Assembly (NCBI GenBank): GCA_963793305.1
Contig: CAWBZV010000005.1
Coordinates: 576,001 to 640,000, forward strand
Length of the DNA: 64,000 nucleotides
Source of the DNA: an uncultured Gemmatimonadales bacterium
Lineage (GTDB): Bacteria; Gemmatimonadota; Gemmatimonadetes; Gemmatimonadales; Gemmatimonadaceae
Direction: 5' to 3'
The notes below the pieces were generated by a model. That model was not told the origin of the DNA and did not search any database. It saw only the letters and a list, made by a program, of their open reading frames with translations. Below, one piece after another: positions 53,505 through 63,631 of this stretch (positions are counted from its first letter, which is position 1; each line of letters opens with the position of its first letter). Made by a program: the position numbers and the translations under genes.

Positions 53505-53578
53505 TCGGGACGGCGGGATTTGAACCCGCGACCCCCTGAACCCCATTCAGGTGCGCTACCGGGCTGCGCTACGTCCCG
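53505..53578 (-). tRNA. tRNA-Pro(GGG); CCA not encoded
   Basis: CGGGACG/CGTCCCG acceptor stem, anticodon arm CCTGA-ATGGGGT-TCAGG, T-loop GGTTCAAATCC. Confidence 0.95.
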
Positions 53579-53610
53579 TACTTAACGTCGGGAAGGTAAC
53601 TTGTTGCCGT

Positions 53611-54378
53611 ATGGTCCTCCAGCATCGACTCGGTGGCTATATGGAGTACTCGGCCCCTGCCGCGTTGGCGCCGTATTGCGAGGCTGTATGGACGTGCAAG
53701 ACGCCCAGCGAGCATCAGCAAGCGGTGCACCGGGTGTGCCCGATCTGGCGGTGAATATCCAGCTCGCGTATCTCAGGGACGCCGCCAGGCACGTGTGTGA
53801 GCCAACGCTCGGCGTCGGCGGACCGATCGCGACGCCGGTTGTTGCAGGATTCGAGCCGAGGCGCGAGATCGTTGCGTTGAAGGTGAAGCTCGAATGGAGC
53901 GATGGGGTGTTGGATCAGCTGCCGCGACTGGCACGGGCGGTCCTCGACGGGCTCTCGCATACACTGTCGATCGAGGAGGCGACCGATCTGCTGATCGCGA
54001 ACATCGCACCCAGGCCTCGCGCGGTCCCCCTGGCGGCGCGGGCGCTCGATATCGTACGATGGACGAGAGGGCAGTGCGCGGTCGAGCAGGTTGCCGACCG
54101 GCTCAATGTCTCGCCGCGACACCTGAGGCGTGAAGTCGAGCGCCAAGCCGGCGTCACCCCCAAGATGTATACGCGCACGGTAAGGCTGCTGCGGGCCGTG
54201 ACGATCGCGGATGCCTATCCGGCGGCGCAGCCCATGCCATGGGCGAAGGTGGCCGCGGATAGCGGGTTCTACGATCAGTCACATTCTCATTCGCGAGTGC
54301 CACGCGCTCTGTGGCCTCACGCCCGGTGAGATTCTCATGGGGCGGCGGACAGAGATGGTGGGTCAAAGCGAGCCATGA
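53611..54378 (+). CDS. AraC-family regulator (DUF6597-type N-terminus); frameshifts at ~53735 and ~54285
   Basis: YMEYSAPAALAPYCEAVW, V(L)PD, SPRHLRR..GVTPK, GFYDQSH(LIRE). Confidence 0.75.
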
Positions 54379-54408
54379 AACCTCCCAAATCGGCTGCCTC
54401 GAACGATC

Positions 54409-54993
54409 CTACTTTCCGACGAATCCGTCCTTGGCCAACTGATCGGACGTCATGGTGATGACGTCGACATGCAAGCGGATTGGCTTGAACGGGTTGTTCG
54501 TCGTGTCTTTCGGCACCGACACGATGGCCTCGACGACGTCCATGCCTTTGAACACCTGCCCAAATACCGTGTAGTGGTTGTCCAGCCGCGCGAGCCCCTG
54601 CTTGTTGGCGACGATATAGAACTGGCAGCCCGGATCCAACGACTGCTTGTTCCCATCGGTCCCGGCTCCAACCGCACCGTACACATGCTTCAAGTCGTCG
54701 CGGAACTCCGGCGCCAACAAGTTGGGGAACGAGCCGAACCCCTGCGGCGTATCGGGACACCCACCCTGCGCCACAAAATCTTTGATGACACGGTTGAACG
54801 TCAGCGTGTCCCAGTAGTGGCTCCCCGCGAACTTGATGAAGCTCGCTTTGTGCACCGGCGTCTCATCGTGGAGCACGAACAGGATCTCGCCGAGATCGGT
54901 TTTGATCCGACCGACTTGATACGTCTTGACTGACCGCCCGGTGCTGGCCACGAGCGGAAGAGCGAGCAGCAGGATGAGCGCGAATCGTCGCAT
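54409..54993 (-). CDS. Secreted cyclophilin-type peptidyl-prolyl isomerase
   Basis: FNRVIKDFVAQGG, QFYIV, LDNHYTVFGQV. Confidence 0.88.
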   Translation of the reverse strand: MRRFALILLLALPLVASTGRSVKTYQVGRIKTDLGEILFVLHDETPVHKASFIKFAGSHYWDTLTFNRVIKDFVAQGGCPDTPQGFGSFPNLLAPEFRDDLKHVYGAVGAGTDGNKQSLDPGCQFYIVANKQGLARLDNHYTVFGQVFKGMDVVEAIVSVPKDTTNNPFKPIRLHVDVITMTSDQLAKDGFVGK

Positions 54994-55012
54994 GGCGCCC
55001 AAGATACGGGCG

Positions 55013-55683
55013 CTATCGCCTGTGCACCAACCGCGCGTCCGGATCCGCACCCTGCCACCCGGCGCGGGCGAGCTCCGGTGTCGGGGACTCGGCCTCCGGA
55101 TATCCGATGCAGAGGTAAGCCACGAGATCCCACGACGGCGGGACGTTCGAGCGAATCGCGGACGCCGATCGGATCGAGGATCGAGACCCAGCCCACGCCA
55201 ATCCCCCAAGCCCGAGCCACGAGCCATAGCGTGTGGACGGCCGTGACCACGGAGTACTGAAGCATCGCCGGCATCGTGCGCTGGCCGAGTCCGTGGCCGG
55301 CCTCCGTGCCGGTGTCGGCGAACACCGCCAGATGTACCGGTGCGTCGTCGAGCCCAGCCAGCTTGAGCTCGGCGTACCTCCGCGCGCGCTCACCAGCGTA
55401 CTCGGCCAGCGCCTCCCGGTTGCACGCCAGAAAGTTCGCCCGCACGGCAGACCGAACTTGCGGCGACTCGACCAACACGAAACGCCATGGCTGGCTGTAC
55501 CCCACCGACGGAGCAAGACAGGCGCGCTCGACGAGCCGCTCGATCACGCCCGGCTCGAGCGGAGCGGTGGCGAACCGTCGGAACGTCCCGCCGCCAGAGG
55601 AGGAGAGCGTCGAGCCCCTCGCGGAATACGTGGTCGAACCGCGGGGTATCAGTCTGAGTCTCGGGGACTGTCACCGACTCCAT
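55013..55683 (-). CDS. bluB: 5,6-dimethylbenzimidazole synthase; frameshifts at ~55583 and ~55146
   Basis: WRRDV(RRF), APSVGYSQPWRFV, LKLAGL, GLGQRTMP, GVGWVSILDP, AYLCIGYP, PEL...GW. Confidence 0.9.
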
Positions 55684-55725
55684 ACCCCGAGCGATAGCTG
55701 GCGTACTCGCTATGTTCAAGGAGCC

Positions 55726-57000
55726 ATGCGTACACTCCTCTGGTTGTGCGTCCTGGCTGGCTGCGCAGGCGGCCACGAGGCCGGTGTCGTCACGCCGCCC
55801 CTGGGCTCGACGACGATCACGGTGCCCGCCAGCATGCGGAGTGTGCCCTTCGACGTCCCGCGCTCCCTCAAGATCCCAACCGGCTACCACATCGCGGTCT
55901 ACGCGCGTATCCCGAACGCCCGGTTCGCTGTCGTCACGCCGGACGGCAACCTCCTGGTCTCAGTCCCCAACTCGGGGTCCGTCCAACTCGTCCGGCCGAA
56001 CGCCAGCGGCGATCCACTCGTCTCGACCTACGTCTCCGGGATCGACAACCCGCAAGGACTCGCGATTCACACCATCGGCGGCGTGACGTATTTGTATGTC
56101 GCCGAGGAGACCCAGGTCGATCGGTACGTCTGGACTGCTGGCCAACTCACGCCGGGGGCTCGCCAGGTTATCGTCTCCGGACTCCTGGCCGGCGGCTCGC
56201 ATCCGTACAAAAACCTCGCGCTCGATGCGAACGATGAGCTCTACGTCGCGCTCGGCTCGAGCTGCAACATCTGCACGGGTGATCTCACGAGCACACCCGA
56301 GCGGGCCGCCATCTATCAGTACAATGCCGACGGCACTGGTGGACACCTGTTCGCCAACGGACTCCGCAATCCCGAAGGGCTCGCGATCCTGCCGAGTAAC
56401 AACACACTGTGGGCGGCGGTGAACGAACGGGACGACATCCCGTATCCGTATCACGACGCGAGCGGCAACTCGTATGGCGGCGTCTACAAGGCGTACGTCG
56501 ACAACCACCCACCCGATGAGCTCACGTCAGTGCGCGACGGCGGGAATTACGGGTGGCCGTACTGCAACCCCACGCAAGACTCGTCGGCCGGGTACGACAA
56601 CATGCCGTTCGATCCATCGGTCGACCAAGGCATCAACGATGCGAACCAAGTCAGCTGCGCCACCATGGATCGCGTCGTAAAAGGCATCCAAGCCCACTCT
56701 GCTCCACTCGGGCTCACGTTCACGATCGGCACCAATGCTCCCACAGCGTTTCGGAGCGGAGCGGTACTGGGGCTGCATGGATCATGGGACCGGACCACCA
56801 ATACGGGGTACAAGGTCATCTATGTGCCGTTCTTGGGATCGCTCCCCACAACCGGCACGACGCCAACTGACTTAGTGACTGGTTGGGCCGATGCTCATAG
56901 TTACTGGGGCCGTCCCGTTGACGTTGTGGTCGACGCTTCGGGTCGTTTCTTCATTACGGACGATCAAGCGGGCGCGATCTACTTGCTGATCGCGCCATGA
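55726..57000 (+). CDS. PQQ-dependent glucose/sorbosone dehydrogenase-family lipoprotein
   Basis: GSSCN, GLRNPEG, VNERD, YGWPYC, AHSAPLG, HGSWDR, GRPVDV. Confidence 0.88.
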   Translation: MRTLLWLCVLAGCAGGHEAGVVTPPLGSTTITVPASMRSVPFDVPRSLKIPTGYHIAVYARIPNARFAVVTPDGNLLVSVPNSGSVQLVRPNASGDPLVSTYVSGIDNPQGLAIHTIGGVTYLYVAEETQVDRYVWTAGQLTPGARQVIVSGLLAGGSHPYKNLALDANDELYVALGSSCNICTGDLTSTPERAAIYQYNADGTGGHLFANGLRNPEGLAILPSNNTLWAAVNERDDIPYPYHDASGNSYGGVYKAYVDNHPPDELTSVRDGGNYGWPYCNPTQDSSAGYDNMPFDPSVDQGINDANQVSCATMDRVVKGIQAHSAPLGLTFTIGTNAPTAFRSGAVLGLHGSWDRTTNTGYKVIYVPFLGSLPTTGTTPTDLVTGWADAHSYWGRPVDVVVDASGRFFITDDQAGAIYLLIAP

Positions 57001-57903
57001 GCGCGGGGTGACGCCGAACACGCGCTGGAACGCCCGAGTAAACGCCGCGTCGCCCTTGTAGCCGACGGATTTCGCGATCGCGTACAACTTGGCCCCCTTC
57101 TCGCGCAGAAGCCGACCCGCGGTCTCCATCCGCCAACGCGTGAGATACTCGAGCGGCGTCTCGTCGAGCAGCGCCTTAAAGCGCGCCGCGAACGCCGATC
57201 GCGACATGCCCGCGGCGGACGCGAGCGTCGCCAAAGTCCAGGGCTCCCCGATCGCGCGGTGCATCGCCTCGAGACTCTTGCCGATCTGCGGATCGGCCAA
57301 CGCCTGCAGCCACCTCGGCCTCGCGGTGCAGCTACCCGACGCCGCATGAGCCCGCAGCGCTTGAATGAACAGAATGTCGGCGAGCCGCGTGACGATCACC
57401 GGCGACCCGGGCGCGGGCGACGTTAGCTCGGCGCTCAGCATCTGTAGCGTCGTCACGAGCGCGTGACTGCGCGGCTCATCAGCGCGGATCAGGATCACGG
57501 GAGGCAAGAGATCGGTGAACCGGCCGCTCGATTGGTCGAGCGTGAACCAGCCATTCACGATCGTCGTCGGCGCGCCGCCACCGCCCACGCGCATAACGCC
57601 ATCAACACCAGGCGGCGCGACCTCACAGAAGCTCACCGTGCGGGACTCAGGCTGATCGCCGAGCACATACTCCGTGTTCGGCGCGACGAGCACGCAGTCG
57701 CCGCCGACGAGCGGAATCGCCTCGCCGCCGGCGACGCGCAGATAACAGTTCCCGCGCGCGACGTATGCGAAATGCGCGTACGCGTAGACGGCGGCACTGT
57801 CGCCCTCATGGCGCTCGAGCCCCCACGGTGCCGTCGCTTCGATCCGCGCCCCAACGGCGCTCGACACGTGGATCGCCGTGAAGACGTCTGTCATAGGGTC
57901 CAT
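56872..57903 (-). CDS. AraC-family regulator (RclR-like, cupin_6)
   Basis: MDPMTDV, RLADILFIQALR, MSRSAFAARF, YLTRWRM. Confidence 0.9.
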   Translation of the reverse strand: MDPMTDVFTAIHVSSAVGARIEATAPWGLERHEGDSAAVYAYAHFAYVARGNCYLRVAGGEAIPLVGGDCVLVAPNTEYVLGDQPESRTVSFCEVAPPGVDGVMRVGGGGAPTTIVNGWFTLDQSSGRFTDLLPPVILIRADEPRSHALVTTLQMLSAELTSPAPGSPVIVTRLADILFIQALRAHAASGSCTARPRWLQALADPQIGKSLEAMHRAIGEPWTLATLASAAGMSRSAFAARFKALLDETPLEYLTRWRMETAGRLLREKGAKLYAIAKSVGYKGDAAFTRAFQRVFGVTPRSWRDQQVDRARLIVRNEETTRSVDHNVNGTAPVTMSIGPTSH

Positions 57904-57919
57904 TTTGCCCCCTCCAATC

Positions 57920-57955
57920 TGGACGATCAGTCAAGAAATATGGACTGTTGAGCAT
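57920..57955 (+). promoter_or_regulatory. Probable AraC half-sites (TGGAC at a 21-bp period) between the AraC and DoxX genes
   Basis: TGGAC at 57920 and 57941. Confidence 0.5.
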
Positions 57956-57990
57956 TACTAGTACAAGTTCATTAGCGTACTATCTACACC

Positions 57991-58371
57991 ATGCCAATTC
58001 TCATACTCATCGGCCGCGTCCTGTTCTCGGCCATCTTCCTCTCGGCGTTCTTCGGCCACTTCAAGGCCGGCACGATCGCCTATGCGAAACAGGTTGGACT
58101 GCCGGCCGCGTCCATTCTCGTGCCGGCCTCGGGCGTCCTCGCGGGGCTCGGTGCGCTCTCCGTGATGCTCGGCTTTCATGCCCGCATCGGTGCCGCGCTC
58201 ATCGCGCTCTTTCTCATTCCCGTCACCATCAAAATGCACGACTTCTGGAATGCGAAGGACCCGATGATGGCTCAGATGCACCAAGCCATGTTCTTCAAGA
58301 ACGTCTCGATGCTCGGCGCGGCGCTTCTGATCATCGCCTTCGGCTCGGGTCCGCTCAGCATCGCCGCCTGA
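57991..58371 (+). CDS. DoxX-family membrane protein
   Basis: GRVLFSAIF, HDFW, FFKNVSMLG. Confidence 0.9.
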   Translation: MPILILIGRVLFSAIFLSAFFGHFKAGTIAYAKQVGLPAASILVPASGVLAGLGALSVMLGFHARIGAALIALFLIPVTIKMHDFWNAKDPMMAQMHQAMFFKNVSMLGAALLIIAFGSGPLSIAA

Positions 58372-58495
58372 CGAGCTCAGCCGAATGTAGATGAGTTGAT
58401 ACAGTCGATTGGTGTAATCTTGGTTGCTGCAACCAATAAGTTGCGAGACCGATTAGTCGACTGTGCACGAGACCTACCATTGGAATTGCTCCGTC

Positions 58496-59743
58496 ATGCG
58501 CGTGTTGATGTTCGGGTGGGAGTTTCCCCCGTATCGCGCGGGCGGATTGGCAACCGCCACGCTAGGACTCGTCAAAGGGCTCGTGCAACGTGGCGTCGGC
58601 GTCACGCTCGTGGTGCCATTCCCGGTCACCGCGCGGAGCGCCGAAGGCGCGCGACTGTTGAGCGCGACGGAGATCGCCGAACGATTCTCGATCGTCCGCA
58701 TCGACTCGCCATTGGTCGCCTACACCGGCGCCGCCGACTATCTGTTTGAGCTGCGGCCGGCCGAGGGCGCCGCGCCAATGCAAGCGCCGACGGCGGTATA
58801 CGGACGCGACCTCATGACCGAAGTCGATCGCTTCGCCGCGGTGGCCGCCCACGTCGCCGCGGTCGAGCCGCACGACGTGATCGACACGCACGACTGGATC
58901 ACGTTCGCGGCCGGCCTGCGCGCGCGCGGGGCGTCCGCGAAACCACTCGTCGCCCACATCCACGCGACCGAGTACGATCGCGCCGGAGATGGCGCCAACC
59001 CCGCGATCCTCGCGCGCGAATGGGAAGGGCTCCATGGCGCGGACCGGATCATCGCCAACAGCCATCGGCTCGCCCGGCGCGTGACGGACCAGTTCCACGT
59101 CTCGCATGACCGGGTCGACGTGATCCACTGGGGCGTCGACGGCATTCGCGTCGCGGTCGACGAGGCGCGCGCGAGCGACCGGCTCCTCGGCAACGCCCAC
59201 CCGGTGCTGCTCTTCATCGGCCGCGTCACCTGGCAGAAAGGCCCCAGGTACTTCGTCGACGTCGCCCGGCGCGTGGCCGACTATTTTCCGAACGCACGGT
59301 TCGTGGTCGTCGGGGAAGGGGACGCGCTGCCTGACATGGTCCGATACGCGGCCAATGTCGGGATCGGCGAGCAGATCCTGTTCGCCGGTGGCGTCGAAGG
59401 ACCAGAGGTCGACCGGGCGTATCGCATGGCGGACGTTTGCGTGATGCCGTCGGTGAGCGAGCCGTTCGGGCTGGTCGCGTTGGAGAGTTTACGGAACGGT
59501 ACGCCCTGTATCGTGCCGCGGGAGTCGGGCGTCGCTGAAGTGCTGGAGAACGTGTTCAAGATCGACTTCTGGGACATCGACGAAATGACGAACACGATCG
59601 TCGCGCTGGCGCGATATCCAGCGCTGAAGGATACGATTCGCGAGCAGGGACTCGCCGAGCTCGACTCGCCGCGCCTCGGCCTCGACGAGCCCGCGCGCCG
59701 CACCGAGGCCGTCTATCGCCGGGTGGTGAACACTCATGGCTGA
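58496..59743 (+). CDS. GT4 glycosyltransferase (glycogen-synthase-like)
   Basis: MFGWEFPP..GGL, HDW, HATEYDR, PSVSEPFGLVALE. Confidence 0.88.
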   Translation: MRVLMFGWEFPPYRAGGLATATLGLVKGLVQRGVGVTLVVPFPVTARSAEGARLLSATEIAERFSIVRIDSPLVAYTGAADYLFELRPAEGAAPMQAPTAVYGRDLMTEVDRFAAVAAHVAAVEPHDVIDTHDWITFAAGLRARGASAKPLVAHIHATEYDRAGDGANPAILAREWEGLHGADRIIANSHRLARRVTDQFHVSHDRVDVIHWGVDGIRVAVDEARASDRLLGNAHPVLLFIGRVTWQKGPRYFVDVARRVADYFPNARFVVVGEGDALPDMVRYAANVGIGEQILFAGGVEGPEVDRAYRMADVCVMPSVSEPFGLVALESLRNGTPCIVPRESGVAEVLENVFKIDFWDIDEMTNTIVALARYPALKDTIREQGLAELDSPRLGLDEPARRTEAVYRRVVNTHG

Positions 59744-60917
59744 TGTGTGCTGTTATTTCCAAGTACATCAACCCTATCGGCTCCGTGCGTTCCGGGTGTT
59801 CGACATCGGCAACGGCGCGACGTACTTCGACGAGAAGAAGAACGTCGACATCCTCAAGCGCATCGCCGAGCAATGCTACATCCCGGCGAACGATCTGCTC
59901 GCCCGTCTCATCACTGAATCGGACGGGACGTTCAAAGTCGCGATGTCGCTGAGCGGTACGCTCATCGAGCAGCTGGAGACGCATGCCTGCGACGCCCTCG
60001 AAAGCTTCCGCGCCCTGGTGGCCACGGGCGGCGTCGAGCTGCTCGGCGAGACCTATTATCACAGCCTCGCGTCACTCGCCGACCCCGACGAGTTTCGGGC
60101 GCAGATCACGCTCCACGGCGCGCTCATCGAGTCGCTCTTCGGCCAGCGCCCGCGGGTATTCCGCAACACGGAGCTGATCATGAGCGACGAGATCGCACCC
60201 GTAGTCCGCGATCTCGGATTTGCCGCGGCCCTCGCCGAGGGCGCGGCGCATGTGCTCGGCTGGCGCTCGCCCGCCTATGTCTACGAGGCCGGCGCGGCGC
60301 CCGGGCTCCGATTGCTGACGCGTCACTATCAGTTGAGCGACAACGTCGCCTTCCGGTTCTCGGCTCGCGGCTGGAATCAATGGCCGCTCCGGGCGGACAC
60401 CTACGCGGACTGGCTGGCCAAGACGCCTGGCGATTGCGTCAATCTCTTCATGGACTACGAGACGTTCGGCGAGCACCAATGGTCGGAGTCCGGCATCTTC
60501 GAGTTTCTGGCGCGACTCCCCCAGGAGACGAGCGAGCGAGGTGTCAAATTCTTGCAGCCATCTGAGCTCGCGACCCGTCAGCCGGCGGATCGGGTGTGGT
60601 TCAACAGACCGACCTCCTGGGCTGACCAAGAGCGCAACGTCAGCGCCTGGCTCGGGAACCGTATGCAGCGCGCGGCCCACGATCGGGCCTATGCGTTACG
60701 GGGCGCCGTGCTGAAAACCGGCGATGCGACGCGGATCGAGGACTGGCGCCGGCTCACCACGAGTGATCATTTCTACTACATGGCGACCAAAGAGCATTCC
60801 GACGCCGAGGTCCACTCGTACTTCAGCCCGTACCGCTCGCCGTACGACGCGTTCATTCGCTACATGAACGTCATGCAGGACGTGCAACAGAAGAGCGAGG
60901 CGGCCGTCACCGCGTGA
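59736..60917 (+). CDS. GH57 alpha-amylase/glucanotransferase
   Basis: FQVHQP, ETYYHSL, FRNTELI, DYETFGEHQ, SWAD, SDHFYYM. Confidence 0.92.
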   Translation: MADVCCYFQVHQPYRLRAFRVFDIGNGATYFDEKKNVDILKRIAEQCYIPANDLLARLITESDGTFKVAMSLSGTLIEQLETHACDALESFRALVATGGVELLGETYYHSLASLADPDEFRAQITLHGALIESLFGQRPRVFRNTELIMSDEIAPVVRDLGFAAALAEGAAHVLGWRSPAYVYEAGAAPGLRLLTRHYQLSDNVAFRFSARGWNQWPLRADTYADWLAKTPGDCVNLFMDYETFGEHQWSESGIFEFLARLPQETSERGVKFLQPSELATRQPADRVWFNRPTSWADQERNVSAWLGNRMQRAAHDRAYALRGAVLKTGDATRIEDWRRLTTSDHFYYMATKEHSDAEVHSYFSPYRSPYDAFIRYMNVMQDVQQKSEAAVTA

Positions 60918-63631
60918 GCGAGGCCGACCGCATCGACGAGGACGCCCGGCGCGTCCGCAACTGGACACGGTGGGGCCCCTACCTCTCCGAGCGCCAATGG
61001 GGCACCGTTCGCGAGGACTACTCGGCCGACGGGAACGTCTGGAGCTTCGTCCCGCACGACCACGCGCGGAGCCGCGCATACCGCTGGGGCGAGGACGGCC
61101 TCCTCGGCATCTGCGACCGCGAATGCCGCCTCTGTTTCGCCGTCGCCCTCTGGAACGGTCACGACCCGATCCTGAAAGAACGGCTCTTCGGTCTGACTGG
61201 CCCCGAGGGAAATCACGGCGAAGACGTAAAAGAATGTTACTACTATCTCGACTGCACGCCGACCCACTCGTACATGCGCGCGCTCTACAAGTATCCGCAG
61301 CGCGCGTATCCATACGATCAACTGGTGGCCGAGAACCGCCGGCGCACGCGCGCTGACCCCGAGTACGAGCTGATCGACACGGGCGTATTCGACGAAGGCC
61401 GATACTTCGACGTGACGGCCGAGTACGCAAAGGCCGCGCCGGACGACCTCCTGGTCCGCATCAAGGTCGCGAATCGCGGCCCCGAAGCGGCTTCGCTGCA
61501 CCTCATGCCGACGCTCTGGTTTCGGAATACGTGGTCGGGCGGGCGGCACGGGCGCGAGTATCCGCCGAAGCCGACGATGAAGCAAGTTGCCCCGGGTCAC
61601 GTGCATAGCGATCACGAGACGCTGGGGCCGTACACGTGGTTTGCCGAAGGCGGACCGCCGCTGCTCTGGACCGACAACGAGAGCGACCTCTCTCGCCTGT
61701 ACGGCATTTCCAATCGATCCCAGTATGTCAAGGACGCTTTTCACTACTACCTGATCGATGGTCGGCAAGATGCCGTGCGACCCGAACCCGAGGGAACGAA
61801 AGTCGCCGCGCATTATCTGCTCGATATCCCGGCGGGAGGGGAGCAGGTCGTTCGCCTCAGGCTGACGGGCGGTGAGATCCCGCCGCGCGATCCATTTGGC
61901 GACGAGTTCGACGCGACGTTCGCCGCCCGTATTGGCGAGGCCGACGAGTTCTACGAATCACGTATCCCCGAGGCGACGACCCGCGACGAGCGCGCGATCA
62001 TCCGCCAGGGGTACGCGGGCCTGCTCTGGTCGAAGCAGTTCTATAACTACGTCGTCTCCGAATGGCTCGACGGCGATCCGGCCGAGCCCCCGCCGCCGGC
62101 GTCGCGGCTCCATGGGCGCAACAGTGATTGGCGGCACGTGCACGCGCGCGACATCATCCTCATGCCGGACAAATGGGAGTATCCCTGGTTCGCCGCATGG
62201 GATTCCGCGTTTCACATGGTGTCACTCGGCGCCGTCGACACGCATTTCGCGCGGAACCAACTGATCCTGTTCATGCGCGAGTGGTACATGCACTCGAACG
62301 GTCAGATCCCCGCCTACGAGTTTGCGTTCGGTGACGTCAATCCGCCGGTGCACGCCTGGGCCTGTTGGCGTCTCTACAAGATGACGGGCCGCACGCGCGA
62401 GGCCCGCGACCGGCGATTTCTGGTGCGCGCCTTCCACAAGCTCCTCATCAACTTCACGTGGTGGGTCAATCGGAAGGACTTGGAGGGCAAGCATCTCTTC
62501 TCGGGTGGATTCCTCGGTCTCGATAACATCGGCGTATTTGATCGCTCGCGTCCTCTCCCAACCGGCGGACACCTCGAGCAAGCCGATGGCACGGCCTGGA
62601 TGGCCTTCTTCTGCGTGACGATGATGTCGATGGCGCTCGAGCTCGCGCGCCAGGACCACGCGTACGAGGACGTCGCGTCGAAGTTCTTCGAGCACTTCGT
62701 CGCGATCTCCGACGCCATGAACACGTTCGGAGGTACAGGCCTCTGGAACGACGAGGACGGGTTCTACTACGATCAGCTGAGCGTCGACGGCGCCCGGCGC
62801 GCGTTGAAAGTGCGCTCACTCGTCGGCGTCATTCCGCTGTTCGCGTGCGACGTGCTCACCGACGCGCTCGTCCAGTCGCTGCCCGGCTTCAAGAGTCGGC
62901 TCGAATGGTTCCTGGAAAATCGCCCGCTACAGGCCCGGCTCATCGTCCACGCGGATCCAGCGTCTGCCGGCGCCGACGGCCGGCACCTGCTGGCGATCCC
63001 CTCGCGAGAGCGGCTCACGCGCGTGCTTCGCTACGTGCTCGACGAGAACGAGTTCCTCTCGCCCTACGGGATCCGCTCGCTCTCACGAGTGCATGCCGAG
63101 CACCCGTTCGATCTAGATGCGGGCGGCACCCGCTATCGGGTCGACTATGAGCCCGGCGACTCGCAATCGGAGCTGTTCGGCGGCAACTCCAATTGGCGCG
63201 GACCCATCTGGTTTCCGCTCAATCATCTGCTGATCGAAGCGCTCGAGCGCTACGACTACTTCTATGGCGATTCGCTCAAGGTCGAGTGCCCGACCGGATC
63301 CGGGAAGTACCTCACGCTCGGCGAAGTGTCTCGAGAAATTCAGCGGCGCTTGGTCTCCATCTTCTTGCCCGATGCACATGGTCGCCGTCCAGTTCACGGC
63401 GATGATCCACGGTACGCCACGGACCCTGCATGGCGTGATCTCATCTTGTTCTACGAGTTCTTTCACGGGGACAACGGCCACGGACTCGGAGCCAGCCATC
63501 AGACGGGGTGGACGGCGCTGGTCGTGAGGAGTGTCGAGGACCTGGCGCGCGAGCGGAGCGGCGAGCGCCGCGGCCGCTACACCCCGGTTCGCCCATCGGT
63601 GCAAATCTCGGCGGTGACGAATGCGCCCTGA
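60914..63631 (+). CDS. GH63-like (MGH1-like) glucosidase
   Basis: WGPYLSERQWGTVREDYS, MPDKWEYPWFAAWD, GGNSNWRGPIW, GASHQTGWT. Confidence 0.9.
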   Translation: MSEADRIDEDARRVRNWTRWGPYLSERQWGTVREDYSADGNVWSFVPHDHARSRAYRWGEDGLLGICDRECRLCFAVALWNGHDPILKERLFGLTGPEGNHGEDVKECYYYLDCTPTHSYMRALYKYPQRAYPYDQLVAENRRRTRADPEYELIDTGVFDEGRYFDVTAEYAKAAPDDLLVRIKVANRGPEAASLHLMPTLWFRNTWSGGRHGREYPPKPTMKQVAPGHVHSDHETLGPYTWFAEGGPPLLWTDNESDLSRLYGISNRSQYVKDAFHYYLIDGRQDAVRPEPEGTKVAAHYLLDIPAGGEQVVRLRLTGGEIPPRDPFGDEFDATFAARIGEADEFYESRIPEATTRDERAIIRQGYAGLLWSKQFYNYVVSEWLDGDPAEPPPPASRLHGRNSDWRHVHARDIILMPDKWEYPWFAAWDSAFHMVSLGAVDTHFARNQLILFMREWYMHSNGQIPAYEFAFGDVNPPVHAWACWRLYKMTGRTREARDRRFLVRAFHKLLINFTWWVNRKDLEGKHLFSGGFLGLDNIGVFDRSRPLPTGGHLEQADGTAWMAFFCVTMMSMALELARQDHAYEDVASKFFEHFVAISDAMNTFGGTGLWNDEDGFYYDQLSVDGARRALKVRSLVGVIPLFACDVLTDALVQSLPGFKSRLEWFLENRPLQARLIVHADPASAGADGRHLLAIPSRERLTRVLRYVLDENEFLSPYGIRSLSRVHAEHPFDLDAGGTRYRVDYEPGDSQSELFGGNSNWRGPIWFPLNHLLIEALERYDYFYGDSLKVECPTGSGKYLTLGEVSREIQRRLVSIFLPDAHGRRPVHGDDPRYATDPAWRDLILFYEFFHGDNGHGLGASHQTGWTALVVRSVEDLARERSGERRGRYTPVRPSVQISAVTNAP

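Larger units (their letters stand above)
42061..53548. mobile_element. Predicted excisable composite IME (~11.5 kb) in tRNA-Pro(GGG)
   Basis: Perfect att cores at both ends and matching arm repeats AACGGGCCCCC x2; int, xis, relaxase and mobC present; no T4SS, replication or phage structural genes recognised. Confidence 0.8.

Noticed and set aside
45520..53548. Prophage or phage satellite
   Set aside because: No capsid, terminase, primase or tail genes; relaxase and MobC indicate conjugative mobilisation
56872..57000. 129-bp convergent overlap between the dehydrogenase and AraC genes
   Set aside because: The AraC domain ends near 57000 and the tail looks like non-conserved run-on
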